Sequence record: ON528731
From: Shigella phage ESh21
Length of the DNA: 64,000 bases
Direction: 5' to 3' (one strand)
Positions 35,797-44,685 of the stretch are shown one piece after another (within the stretch, counting starts at the first letter, position 1; every line of letters begins with the position of its first letter). The notes beneath the pieces are model-generated. The model was not told where the DNA came from and did no database searches. It was given only the letters and a program-made list of their open reading frames with translations. Position numbers and translations under genes: made by a program.

Positions 35797-36011
35797 TGTT
35801 CAATCCTCTTTAATCGTGCATTCCACTCTCTGTCAATCATTCTCTGGAATGTCTTACCTCTGGGAGTAACGTTCTTAAGTGATTCTTCAGTACATACTAA
35901 GATATCACCTCTGGCAAACTTGCCATAACACTGTTTAATCTTCTTGGCTCGTCTGTACTGCTCAGAAATAGAGAGCGTCCAGTATTCGCCTAGAGTTGTA
36001 AACTTTTTCAT
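35793..36011 (-). CDS. small hypothetical protein
   Basis: 72-aa ORF, ATGA coupling. Confidence 0.4.
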   Translation of the reverse strand: MKKFTTLGEYWTLSISEQYRRAKKIKQCYGKFARGDILVCTEESLKNVTPRGKTFQRMIDREWNARLKRIEQ

Positions 36012-36757
36012 TCTGTCACCATTGCGTTGTAGAATTGCCTTTGAATCTCTTCAGCAATCTGATAAGGTGTGAAACCAGCTTTTAACATCATCCTGACTGT
36101 GTACTCAATGTCATTCTTATTAACCACATGGTCTGTGACACTGATTGCTTCTTTTAACTCTTCCACATTCTTTTTAGCATCTTCACAAGTGCTGGTCAAC
36201 ATGGAGTCAAATTTCTTTTGTGGTGTAGTCCAAGCATGGCTATGTGGATTTGCATCACAGAAATACTTGAAGTAATCTCTGACATTATCTACAACCAGAG
36301 TTTGATGACCGACTTCTTTAGTTGTGTATCGAGACTCTTGCTCAGGTAAATCTGCAAGTCTGTGTGTAGGAGCCTCAATAGTAACATCAATCGCTCTAAC
36401 CTTTGGAGTTACCTCTTTCTTCAGAGTCGGAGTTGCCTCAAAAGTTGCCTTTTCAGACTCTTCATAATCTTCATCTTTAACAATCCCAGTATCTACCAAA
36501 GCAATACCAAGGAGGTCTCTAAAGCTTCCTGTGAATACCAGATTTTCTATATCAGCAGTTGAATAAACTTTACCAGCCCACAAATGTCCTTCTGCAAGGT
36601 TTTGAGAATCTGGGTACAGCTTGAAGTGTATATTTTTCAAAGGTCTGAAGTACACCACACCACTATCAGAGACATGCGTGACCGTAGCTGCAACTCTACG
36701 CAATGGGTTTTCCTTGACATATATAAAAATTGTGTCTGATTCTTTAACTTTGTTCAT
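36008..36757 (-). CDS. hypothetical protein
   Basis: 249-aa ORF. Confidence 0.5.
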   Translation of the reverse strand: MNKVKESDTIFIYVKENPLRRVAATVTHVSDSGVVYFRPLKNIHFKLYPDSQNLAEGHLWAGKVYSTADIENLVFTGSFRDLLGIALVDTGIVKDEDYEESEKATFEATPTLKKEVTPKVRAIDVTIEAPTHRLADLPEQESRYTTKEVGHQTLVVDNVRDYFKYFCDANPHSHAWTTPQKKFDSMLTSTCEDAKKNVEELKEAISVTDHVVNKNDIEYTVRMMLKAGFTPYQIAEEIQRQFYNAMVTE

Positions 36758-36827
36758 TTTATCTCTCCAATAAAAAAGGGAACCACCTTTCGATAGCTCC
36801 CATCATACAAAATTCTATATATTACTG

Positions 36828-37421
36828 TCAAGCATATCTTTTAGGCAGTAGTGTACTTTTTCTGCTTCGAACATCTTCAAGGATAGATATAAAGTCATCA
36901 GAAGCACCCTTCCAAGGGCTGAAGTTTGGGATGTGTTGACGAATAGCTTCAATAATCGTCTTCATACCTGTGTTCTTCATCCACCAATCTGAACTTGAGG
37001 CAGTCATAACAAAGAACTGCTCATCATCTGTTAAGATGACCTCTTTAGTGAATGGAGAAGTGTACGTAGTGATAATAGAACCACCATTCATATAATATGT
37101 ACGCTTGTGAACTTTATCAAGCATATCATGCAGGTCACCAAACAGTTTCACAACCTCTTGGTGGTTAATGTCTTTCTCAAGGTCTAAACGGTACTTCAGA
37201 AGTGCTTCATCAACTTCTTTAGATGAGAACTTAAAGTACTGCACATCTTCAATGATACATGCAGAGATGTTGTTCACATCCATAGTCAATTTGGCAATTT
37301 TTGCTGGTGAGTTAATGTTTGGCTGGAACGCAGCAAGCACACCCTGAACATTGCCGTAGTGTTGAACTAATGCAACTTGTGGAGAGTCAACTCCACCATT
37401 TTCTTTAATGTTTACACTCAT
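36828..37421 (-). CDS. hypothetical protein
   Basis: 197-aa ORF. Confidence 0.5.
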   Translation of the reverse strand: MSVNIKENGGVDSPQVALVQHYGNVQGVLAAFQPNINSPAKIAKLTMDVNNISACIIEDVQYFKFSSKEVDEALLKYRLDLEKDINHQEVVKLFGDLHDMLDKVHKRTYYMNGGSIITTYTSPFTKEVILTDDEQFFVMTASSSDWWMKNTGMKTIIEAIRQHIPNFSPWKGASDDFISILEDVRSRKSTLLPKRYA

Positions 37422-37422
37422 A

Positions 37423-37773
37423 CTATAGCTTCCTCACTAAATACTTTTTAAGTGGTGTCTTCGGTTTTTCAAAGACCTCAATAGAATTTATTTTAATACC
37501 CTCACCACGCATACCTGTGGATTGGTAGATATAGAACTCAAGCATCCCTATACTCTTAGCTGGCATATCATGCTTAACAAAAATGGTCACTGATTCTTTA
37601 CTTTTCAGTATTACTGTACCATCTTTATACACAAGCTTATCAGGTTGTTTATAGTCAAGCATGTCGAACATCAGAAATAATCTTTGCTGACACATATCAA
37701 GTCTTGATGATAGGGATTCTTGTATATCTGCGAAATTCTTATAAACAACTATGTGGAGCTTAAGCATCTGCAT
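37423..37773 (-). CDS. hypothetical protein
   Basis: 116-aa ORF. Confidence 0.45.
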   Translation of the reverse strand: MQMLKLHIVVYKNFADIQESLSSRLDMCQQRLFLMFDMLDYKQPDKLVYKDGTVILKSKESVTIFVKHDMPAKSIGMLEFYIYQSTGMRGEGIKINSIEVFEKPKTPLKKYLVRKL

Positions 37774-38053
37774 ATTCTCTGACGAAGAAGTAGTTGATTT
37801 TGTTATCAGATATCATAAGGTCATAGCAAGTAATCTCAAACTTACTCTTTTCAGCATCATAGCTTGTGTATGGCTCAGAAACTTGCTTTGTTGATACCTT
37901 CGGGTTATTAGGGTTTAAAAGGCCACCATAAAGTTTCTTAATGGCCTTTGTTACTACACCCCAGATAACATCATCAGTCAGTTCTTCGTACAGGTCAAAA
38001 TCAGCTTCATAGCTGAAGTCATTAATTGGAAAGATAACCTGTACTCTACTCAT
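37760..38053 (-). CDS. hypothetical protein
   Basis: 97-aa ORF. Confidence 0.45.
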   Translation of the reverse strand: MSRVQVIFPINDFSYEADFDLYEELTDDVIWGVVTKAIKKLYGGLLNPNNPKVSTKQVSEPYTSYDAEKSKFEITCYDLMISDNKINYFFVREYADA

Positions 38054-38054
38054 A

Positions 38055-38435
38055 TCAGATTACCTGTGTCACTTGCAGCGCTTCTGTTATAGAAATATCA
38101 CCAACTTTCTCTTCTTTGATAAAGGTGAAGGTTAGTAAGGTATCTTGCAGTTCTTCTTCAAGTGGTACTCCGTTCAGTTCATCATAGATAGATTGGGTAG
38201 TCCAGCCTTCCTGACCATCTGGGTAGTAAATGGCATATTTCGGGAAGTCAATACCACACCAACCAAAGACAGGACAACCATCTTCATCGTTATATCGGTG
38301 ATGTAGGACACTACCACTTTTCACAAAACGAAGTCGCAACTCACCGTTATGTTGGTACACAACTGCATTTGCTTCTTGCTCACCCATGTTTCCATGAGCA
38401 GAAACGTCAACAATTACTGGAATCTCTTTATTCAT
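38055..38435 (-). CDS. hypothetical protein
   Basis: start moved to ATG 38435 (MNKEIPVIVD) giving ATGAATAA overlap with upstream stop. Confidence 0.45.
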   Translation of the reverse strand: MNKEIPVIVDVSAHGNMGEQEANAVVYQHNGELRLRFVKSGSVLHHRYNDEDGCPVFGWCGIDFPKYAIYYPDGQEGWTTQSIYDELNGVPLEEELQDTLLTFTFIKEEKVGDISITEALQVTQVI

Positions 38436-38826
38436 AATAACCTCTCTCAGCTTTCTCAATCTTATCCAGAAGTTTATTGCACTGGTCGTTGTGGTAAATA
38501 GCCTCACGATTGTGCATTGCTTTCTGTTTCTCAAGTAGAGTTTTATAGTAACCTGATAACTGTGCTCTTGTCAAGGGGTGTTCTGAAATAATATCTAAAG
38601 AACTTTCACCGAGAGAGCAGAAAAGGCCATCATCGTTCACGTCATAAAGTTCGTTTGTGTAGAACCCTTTGTTAGCCATTGTGATAGGTGAACGCTCAAC
38701 GACCTCGACAATAAACTTGGTGACAACCTTACCTCCGTAAGTGATAAGTTTGCTTCCATAGACTCTGACCTTCATACCGCTTCTTGTGTACTTAAAAGTA
38801 CCAACATCATCAGCCCAAAGTTTCAT
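38428..38826 (-). CDS. hypothetical protein
   Basis: 132-aa ORF. Confidence 0.45.
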   Translation of the reverse strand: MKLWADDVGTFKYTRSGMKVRVYGSKLITYGGKVVTKFIVEVVERSPITMANKGFYTNELYDVNDDGLFCSLGESSLDIISEHPLTRAQLSGYYKTLLEKQKAMHNREAIYHNDQCNKLLDKIEKAERGYYE

Positions 38827-38841
38827 AGTTTTCTCCTAGAT

Positions 38842-38867
38842 ATAAAAAAGGCTCCCGAAGGAGCCTA
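38842..38867 (-). terminator. rho-independent terminator (minus strand)
   Basis: AGGCTCC-CGAA-GGAGCCT hairpin with T-run on minus strand, downstream of endolysin. Confidence 0.6.
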
Positions 38868-38875
38868 TGAATATA

Positions 38876-39340
38876 TTACTTTGGATATACCGCGTCAAGA
38901 TAAATCTTCGCTTCCATTCTACGTCTGTTTGTCAGACCTTTAGAAGCAACTTTCTTACCGTTGATGGTTACCTTATTCCACCACTGCATAGCTTCTGCAC
39001 AGCCAACTTTGTTACCAGCATTGTGACGCCTCATGAAGGTTGATTCCTTCATAGCCCCAATACCGATGTTGTAGGTTTCAATAACCAGTGCGTCAAATTC
39101 ATTCTGGGTAGTTGGAGCACTGATAGCTTTGTTCACAGCTACTACAAACTTCTCAACATCAGCAAGTAGATAACTGTTAGCTTGGGCTTCATTGATTTTC
39201 ATACCCATCTTGACAGGTTGACCATTGATACGGATTGTACCATAACCAATTGTAGGAATACCAGCAGAGTCTTTGTAGGCTTCTAAACGAAGCCCCTCAA
39301 AGAACTTGATAGCTTCCAATCCTTGAGGGGATAATTGCAT
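38876..39340 (-). CDS. endolysin (phage lysozyme, GH24-like)
   Basis: GLEAIKFFEGLRLEAYKDSAGIPTIGYG matches the lysozyme E...D...T catalytic region. Confidence 0.8.
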   Translation of the reverse strand: MQLSPQGLEAIKFFEGLRLEAYKDSAGIPTIGYGTIRINGQPVKMGMKINEAQANSYLLADVEKFVVAVNKAISAPTTQNEFDALVIETYNIGIGAMKESTFMRRHNAGNKVGCAEAMQWWNKVTINGKKVASKGLTNRRRMEAKIYLDAVYPK

Positions 39341-39342
39341 TT

Positions 39343-40227
39343 TTAACCTCCTACTACGTTAACCACTACAGTAGCTGGGTTTGAAGTAACACTTCCACCT
39401 GCTCCAGTAACTACACATACATAACTTCCTGCATCACCAGCAGTCGTAGTATTCTCTTTGGTGTAGGTTGCTGCTGTAGCACCAGAGATTTCTACATTAT
39501 CTTTCTTCCACTGGTAACCTGTAGCTCCGGTTGCAACAATATCAAGAGTCAGTGTGTCACCTTCAGTGATTTCTTGGTTTGCTGGCTGTTTAGTGATTAC
39601 TGGAAGTGCATTCACAGTAACTGTTGCAGCATCTGAAGTGACAGTTGCACCACCATCACCAGTAACTACACAGGTGTAAGACCCAGCATCAGCAGGGGTT
39701 ACGTTTGTTTTAGTGTATGTTGCAGAAGTTGCACCAGAGATGTTAGAAGCACCCTTCTTCCACTGGTAACCAGTTGCATTTGTAGCAACAACTGTCAAGG
39801 TTAGAGTACCACCCTCATTAACAGTTTGGTTAGTTGGCTGCGTGGTGATAGCTGGTGGCACAACTGCATCAATCAGTTTAGCATTCAGCATTGAGAAAGG
39901 TTTAACCCTTGCAAGCCATTCACAGTAAATAGTGTCAACATCTTTACCGTTGATGATTGCATACTGCAAATCCATGAAGAAGTCAGCAGTTCTCATTTGA
40001 GCACCTACAGAGTATAGTAGTTCTTCAGAGAATGGAACTGTGTAGCTTGGGGTGTAGTTTAAATCGGTAACCTCAGCAATGTCTGACTCAGGCCACGGAG
40101 AGCTATATGTCAGTGGTAGCACAGCTTCTTGATACGTTCTGAAGTCGTATCTCTTACCAGCTTTAACATTCGCAATAAAAACCTTTACGAACTCTTTAAA
40201 ATCTGGATATGTTTTTGCTTTAATCAT
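39343..40227 (-). CDS. protein with N-terminal paralog domain and two C-terminal Ig-like repeats
   Basis: two 80-aa repeats (TLTLTVVATNATGYQWKK...SYTCVVTG and TLTLDIVATGATGYQWKK...SYVCVVTG); N-terminal 120 aa paralogous to 40224..40592. Confidence 0.55.
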   Translation of the reverse strand: MIKAKTYPDFKEFVKVFIANVKAGKRYDFRTYQEAVLPLTYSSPWPESDIAEVTDLNYTPSYTVPFSEELLYSVGAQMRTADFFMDLQYAIINGKDVDTIYCEWLARVKPFSMLNAKLIDAVVPPAITTQPTNQTVNEGGTLTLTVVATNATGYQWKKGASNISGATSATYTKTNVTPADAGSYTCVVTGDGGATVTSDAATVTVNALPVITKQPANQEITEGDTLTLDIVATGATGYQWKKDNVEISGATAATYTKENTTTAGDAGSYVCVVTGAGGSVTSNPATVVVNVVGG

Positions 40228-40592
40228 TTATTAGCCTCTAATCTTGCGTTTAGTCTGAAATAACCTTTGTGTTGAGGTGATACATCACCAACTACAACAC
40301 CTTCAATCTTATAACCCTTTCCCATTACATACTGAATGTCCATTAAGAATGTCCCTAGACCAACAATATGAAACATCGGATAAAGTAACTCTTCAGAATC
40401 TGGTAGGTCAGTTTTTGGGATGTATTTAACGGTAGCTGTAGTTGGGTTGATATCCTTCTCAGGCCATTTACTATCACGCCATGTTAAGGGTGTCGGAAGT
40501 ACATCATCAAGATTATACCTTTCACCTTCTTGAACACTTTGGACATAAGATTGTAGGAAGCAATAAAAGTCTTTTCTACTCTTTGCCTTCAT
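40224..40592 (-). CDS. paralog of N-terminal domain of 39343..40227
   Basis: shared motifs SEELLY, FxMDxQY, LNAxL. Confidence 0.5.
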   Translation of the reverse strand: MKAKSRKDFYCFLQSYVQSVQEGERYNLDDVLPTPLTWRDSKWPEKDINPTTATVKYIPKTDLPDSEELLYPMFHIVGLGTFLMDIQYVMGKGYKIEGVVVGDVSPQHKGYFRLNARLEANK

Positions 40593-40607
40593 TATCTTTC
40601 CTTAACA

Positions 40608-40630
40608 AATAAAAAGGGGCTTTCGCCCCA
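40608..40630 (-). terminator. hairpin terminator (bidirectional-looking)
   Basis: GGGGC-TTTC-GCCCC flanked by A/T runs. Confidence 0.5.
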
Positions 40631-40635
40631 AAAAC

Positions 40636-41226
40636 TTAAGCCATCGTCTTAAGCATATTTTTAAGTTTTTTGAGATTCATTGTCTCGTCCAACTTAAATC
40701 CAAACCCATTGACGTAATCAATGAAATCAGATTTCTTACTCAGAGATAAAGCATATGACATATCAAAGTCATTACTTGGGGTTGATTCTGGTGAAGTGTT
40801 CACATCAAAAGAAATCTCTGTAGCAATGCTTTCACGCTCTCTCATATTATCAATAAGATTACATGTGTAGTTTGCTGGATAGAATGATGTTGAGCCAGAT
40901 ACATAACTATACTTTGAGTTATGGATGAGGTTAGAGAACACTTTGAAGAATGTCTCTGAATCGTGGCATACAAGCTTAAATTCACTATTAGCACCAAGAG
41001 CCATTAATGAATATGGGCTTTCACCATCAATTGTGTAGTCTGGATTTCTGGATTGTACAGTCACGCGCATAAGGTTGTTTGAAATAGTCTTCTGCTTAAA
41101 TGAGTTTGGAACATAGTGCATACCTCTTTCACACTGATTGACCAATTCTTTTAGAAGGTCATCAGAATACGGTGAAGTAATTGATACAGAACCATCACCG
41201 TTGTAATTAAAACTTACGTTTAACAT
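40636..41226 (-). CDS. hypothetical protein
   Basis: 196-aa ORF. Confidence 0.5.
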   Translation of the reverse strand: MLNVSFNYNGDGSVSITSPYSDDLLKELVNQCERGMHYVPNSFKQKTISNNLMRVTVQSRNPDYTIDGESPYSLMALGANSEFKLVCHDSETFFKVFSNLIHNSKYSYVSGSTSFYPANYTCNLIDNMRERESIATEISFDVNTSPESTPSNDFDMSYALSLSKKSDFIDYVNGFGFKLDETMNLKKLKNMLKTMA

Positions 41227-41453
41227 TTACCTGTTCTCCTACGGTTAATAATCTTGCTGCAATAGAGAAATGAAGCAAATTCACTGGAAGAAACCATTAA
41301 CACTTGTTCACTAGATTGAGCGATAGCTCTGAAATACATACCAGTTAAAGCATCATAGTGCTTATTCTTACCAATCGAAGCTATATACCCATGACTCTTT
41401 GCAGTTTGGTACAAATCAATAATATCTGTGATTTCTAATTGGGAGCTACACAT
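41220..41453 (-). CDS. hypothetical protein
   Basis: 77-aa ORF. Confidence 0.4.
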   Translation of the reverse strand: MCSSQLEITDIIDLYQTAKSHGYIASIGKNKHYDALTGMYFRAIAQSSEQVLMVSSSEFASFLYCSKIINRRRTGKC

Positions 41454-41596
41454 AAGTAATCCTCTTGTCGTCTATAATTTTGAAAATATAGGTACAAACC
41501 AATTTCAGAGGATGTATAGTGGATTGCTTCCACACGTTTTGATTCCTTACAGTGATTGGTATTATTACCTTTTTTCTTCTTTGTTAGTTTTCTCAT
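41436..41596 (-). CDS. small basic protein (53 aa)
   Basis: strong RBS AAGGAGA upstream of ATG at 41596 (minus); below cutoff; first gene of minus-strand block. Confidence 0.3.
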
Positions 41597-41695
41597 TTAG
41601 TCTCCTTTGTAGATAAAGCAGACCTACAGCTTTAAGTAAGATGGTACAGTAATCCATACAACAAGTCAAGAACTATTGCAACCTAAAAATTTTAC

Positions 41696-41724
41696 TTGAC
41701 AAGGGGATTGACAAGATGTAGTGT
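41696..41724 (+). promoter_or_regulatory. candidate sigma70-type promoter
   Basis: TTGACA - 17 nt - TAGTGT upstream of 41848 gene; weak -10. Confidence 0.35.
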
Positions 41725-41847
41725 AATAAAACACTTAGAAGATAACTTAAAAGACTCTTCTAAAAAGGCTATTTAAACAGATATCTTTCTGGATATCTAT
41801 CTCTTATCTTAAAAGCCTTTTAAGAAGTCTTCATAGTAGGAGGTTGA

Positions 41848-42219
41848 ATGACCAAAAGAACAAACAAAGGCCAGTTTAAAAAAGGTCAATCTGGTAACCC
41901 TTCTGGGAGACCAAAAGGTTCACGTAACAAGAGTTCTCTTGTAAAAGCTCAACTAACCATTGACAACTCAGCAGAGTTTGCTGCAAAGTTATTTGAAGCA
42001 ATTGTTACAAGGGATGCTACAAAGCTGGCAGAGTTTGGACTCAAGCCTGATGAAGTCAATTTGAAGTCGATGATGGAAGCTGGTAAAACTATCATGACTC
42101 ACTCAGCAGGTGAGATGAAAGCAATTGCAGCAGATGTTAAAGGTGGTGGTGAAAAGGGTGGAGAGAAACCACAAGACAACAAACCAACGTTCTCTGCTGT
42201 AGCAACTCTGAAGAAATAA
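41848..42219 (+). CDS. hypothetical protein with N-terminal GNPSGRPKG motif
   Basis: 123 aa; KGQFKKGQSGNPSGRPKGSRNK basic Gly/Pro-rich N-terminus. Confidence 0.5.
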   Translation: MTKRTNKGQFKKGQSGNPSGRPKGSRNKSSLVKAQLTIDNSAEFAAKLFEAIVTRDATKLAEFGLKPDEVNLKSMMEAGKTIMTHSAGEMKAIAADVKGGGEKGGEKPQDNKPTFSAVATLKK

Positions 42220-42297
42220 TTTAAAAAGGTGTTGACAGACTTTATTGGTTACTTTAGAGTCTGTCTCATCAACAACAATGAGAGAAGAGAGAGTATT

Positions 42298-43713
42298 ATG
42301 AGCGAATTATTTAACCACGCAAAATTACATGCTGGTTTGACTGAAAACGGTGCTGTTAACCATCTGACCTCAATGTCTGCCTTGGTAGACTTTTATAAGG
42401 CTGCTGGTTCAAGCCGTAACTACCCAGAGACTTTACCAAATCTGTTTTACAAAGCTCTGCGAGAAGATATCGATGTAGCGGTTCGAATCTTACTCCATAT
42501 GCGAGATGCGCGAGAAGGTATGGGAGAACGTAAAGCATTCAGAACTGTCCTCTCAGAATCTATCAGAACCAACATACTTGATGAGTTCCAAGTTCTGCGT
42601 ATCATGGCTAAGATTTCTGAACTAGGTCGTTATGATGACTTCAAAATCTTCGTAGGTACTCGTTACGAGACTGATGCTTTCAAGCACATTGAGCAAGGAT
42701 TGTTAGACCCAAATACTTCAGCGTTAGCTGCTAAGTGGTTGCCAAGGGTTAAGAAGCGTCACATGAATTTTGTAAAGCGTTTCTGCAAGTTTGCAAATCT
42801 AAGCCAGAAAGAGTATCGTCTGATGTTATCAGCACTGTCAGATACCGTAGAGCAAAAGATTTCTGCAAATGAGTTTGGTGAGATTGATTACAGCAAGCTT
42901 CCTTCACTGGCTGCTGCACGTTATCAGAAATTGTTCACACGAAAAGGTGGAGAACGTTATGCAGAGTATGTAAAAGCTCTGACAGAGGGTACTACCAAGA
43001 TTAACGCTGGTGCTGTTTACCCATATGATATCACCAAAGCTGTGAAGTACGGTCGTAGTGAAGTGGCTAATGAGCAATGGAAAGCACTGCCAAACTGGAT
43101 GAAGGATGGTGAAAACATTCTTTGCATGACTGACGTATCAGGCTCTATGACGTGTGAACGTCACGGTTCTGTAGATGCTCTTGATATTGGTGTATCTTTG
43201 GCGTTATACGTCGCAGAACGCAATACAGGGTGTTTTAAAGATGAGTTAATGGTTTACTCCACAAATCCATTCTTTATCACTCTAAGTGGCTCTCTGAAGA
43301 ATCGTATGGCTCAGGTCATGTCACATGTAGAGTATGGTTCAACAAACCTCCAAGCTGCTTTTGACAGGATTCTTGAAATTGGTAAAAGAAATAACTTGAC
43401 TCAAGATGCAATGCCACGTAAGCTTATCATCTTCTCTGACATGCAGTTTAACTCTGTTGATGGTCAGCGTGGTAATACTAACTTCGAAGCAATTCGTCGT
43501 AAGTATGAAGAATCAGGTTATGAAATGCCTCAGTTGGTATTCTGGTATCTGGCAAATCGTGGTGGTAACTGCGAAGTGTCTATTAAGGATAACGGAGTAG
43601 CAATGGTTTCAGGGTTCTCTCCAGCTACATTAAAGGCTCTACTTGGTGGTGAGAAGTTTGACCCAATCAGCGTAATGCTCAAAGCAGTAATGTCTGAACG
43701 TTACGATTGGTAA
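42298..43713 (+). CDS. vWA-domain protein (MIDAS DxSxS), Ro60/TROVE-like architecture possible
   Basis: C-terminal half has ILCMTDVSGSMT (DxSGS MIDAS) and IFSDMQFN; N-terminal half predicted helical; start 42298 after GAGAGAAGAGAGAG preferred over 42229. Confidence 0.55.
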   Translation: MSELFNHAKLHAGLTENGAVNHLTSMSALVDFYKAAGSSRNYPETLPNLFYKALREDIDVAVRILLHMRDAREGMGERKAFRTVLSESIRTNILDEFQVLRIMAKISELGRYDDFKIFVGTRYETDAFKHIEQGLLDPNTSALAAKWLPRVKKRHMNFVKRFCKFANLSQKEYRLMLSALSDTVEQKISANEFGEIDYSKLPSLAAARYQKLFTRKGGERYAEYVKALTEGTTKINAGAVYPYDITKAVKYGRSEVANEQWKALPNWMKDGENILCMTDVSGSMTCERHGSVDALDIGVSLALYVAERNTGCFKDELMVYSTNPFFITLSGSLKNRMAQVMSHVEYGSTNLQAAFDRILEIGKRNNLTQDAMPRKLIIFSDMQFNSVDGQRGNTNFEAIRRKYEESGYEMPQLVFWYLANRGGNCEVSIKDNGVAMVSGFSPATLKALLGGEKFDPISVMLKAVMSERYDW

Positions 43714-43731
43714 AAAGTTTTAAAAAGGGTA

Positions 43732-43760
43732 TTGACAAGGTTGTTGATACCCTGTAAGAT
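43732..43760 (+). promoter_or_regulatory. sigma70-type promoter
   Basis: TTGACA - 17 nt - TAAGAT. Confidence 0.5.
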
Positions 43761-43822
43761 GTTCTACATCGAAACGAAAAAGAGTTTTTCTAAAAGATTT
43801 TCAAAATGTTTTAAAAAACCTC

Positions 43823-43852
43823 TTGACAAACACTAAAAAATAATGTTATAGT
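43823..43852 (+). promoter_or_regulatory. sigma70-type promoter for tRNA array
   Basis: TTGACA - 18 nt - TATAGT, 27 nt upstream of first tRNA. Confidence 0.55.
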
Positions 43853-43878
43853 GGTTTCATAGAGTTTAAAAAGATTAT

Positions 43879-43955
43879 CTCTGTTTAGCTCAGCTTGGTA
43901 GAGCGTTCCGTTTGGGGCGGTAAGGCCAGAGGTTCAAGTCCTCTAACAGAGACCA
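43879..43955 (+). tRNA. tRNA-Pro (anticodon TGG)
   Basis: manual cloverleaf: acceptor CTCTGTT/AACAGAG, T-loop TTCAAGT, CCA encoded. Confidence 0.7.
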
Positions 43956-43962
43956 AATTAAT

Positions 43963-44037
43963 GTCGTAGAAGGCAAATGGTTAGCCACCTGACCTTCAAT
44001 CAGTTGCTCGCGGGTTCGAATCCCGTCTACGACTCCA
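43963..44037 (+). tRNA. tRNA, anticodon probably TTC (Glu), tentative
   Basis: acceptor GTCGTAG/CTACGAC, T-arm GCGGG-TTCGAAT-CCCGT, CCA encoded; anticodon loop CCTTCAA has C at position 33. Confidence 0.55.
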
Positions 44038-44122
44038 AATTTGACAGAAGACCAAATACAGCAAACAACTTTTACTTTTCGCGCATAGAAAACATAAAAA
44101 GCTTGGTCTGGTCATTAAGAAT
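44038..44122 (+). repeat. structured inter-tRNA spacer element (family CAGAAGACC...GGTCTGG), copy 1
   Basis: begins right after CCA; conserved ends shared with copies at 44200, 44604, 44685. Confidence 0.6.
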
Positions 44123-44199
44123 CGCGGGTATAGAGAAAGGGCGTCTCACATGTCTCATTAGCATGGCAACGGTTGGTTCGACTCCAACACCCGCCTCCA
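44123..44199 (+). tRNA. tRNA with anticodon CAT (Met or Ile2 or fMet)
   Basis: anticodon arm CATGT-CTCATTA-GCATG, T-loop TTCGACT, CCA encoded; C1-C72 mismatch. Confidence 0.6.
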
Positions 44200-44282
44200 A
44201 ATTTACAGAAGACCGTTTACAGCAATTTAAAAACAATTTTATCGGAAAATTAAAATGAATACGGTCTGGTAATGTTAAACAT
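44200..44282 (+). repeat. structured inter-tRNA spacer element, copy 2
   Basis: AAATTTACAGAAGACCGTTTACAGCAATTTAAA...ACGGTCTGGTAAT. Confidence 0.6.
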
Positions 44283-44359
44283 GGTTAGGAAGCACATAAG
44301 GCATGTGCGGTCGGCTGTTAACCGAATGGCACAGGGTTCGAATCCCTGACTAACCGCCA
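44283..44359 (+). tRNA. tRNA-Asn (anticodon GTT)
   Basis: D-arm GCAC/GTGC, anticodon loop CTGTTAA, T-arm CAGGG-TTCGAAT-CCCTG, CCA encoded. Confidence 0.7.
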
Positions 44360-44369
44360 AAATTTAAAT

Positions 44370-44457
44370 GCGTCGTTATCCCGTAGATGGAAGCGGTGGC
44401 GACTGTAAATCGCTTGTCATTACGACTCGGTAGGTTCGACTCCTTCACGGCGCACCA
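44370..44457 (+). tRNA. tRNA-Tyr (anticodon GTA), long variable arm
   Basis: 88 nt; anticodon arm GGCGA-CTGTAAA-TCGCT; variable stem GTC/GAC; resembles E. coli tRNA-Tyr layout. Confidence 0.6.
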
Positions 44458-44463
44458 AATAAA

Positions 44464-44541
44464 GGTTATGTAGTTTAATCTGGTTAAAATACCTCCCTGT
44501 CACGGAGGAAGATGTGGGTTCGAGTCCCATCGTAACCGCCA
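44464..44541 (+). tRNA. tRNA-Asp (anticodon GTC)
   Basis: anticodon arm CCTCC-CTGTCAC-GGAGG, T-loop TTCGAGT, CCA encoded. Confidence 0.7.
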
Positions 44542-44603
44542 ATTTTGAGAAGGGCTTTTTTAGCCCCTCCCTTAAAGAGTTCTTGTGAGTATTCTTTAAA
44601 GGA

Positions 44604-44685
44604 GCAGAAGACCAAATTCAGCAAGCAACAAAAATATTTCAAGCCAATTAATTTGAAAAATTTAAAACTTGGTCTGGTTCCAACA
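44604..44685 (+). repeat. structured inter-tRNA spacer element, copy 3
   Basis: GCAGAAGACCAAATTCAGCAAGC...CTTGGTCTGGTTCC. Confidence 0.6.

Noticed and set aside
41428-41616. 62-aa plus-strand ORF 41428..41616
   Set aside because: Antisense to the better-supported minus-strand small gene with strong AAGGAGA RBS; hydrophobic junk translation.
44548-44572. Hairpin AAGGGC-TTTTTT-AGCCCCT after tRNA-Asp as a terminator
   Set aside because: The T-run lies in the loop rather than after the stem, so it is not a canonical intrinsic terminator; left unannotated.
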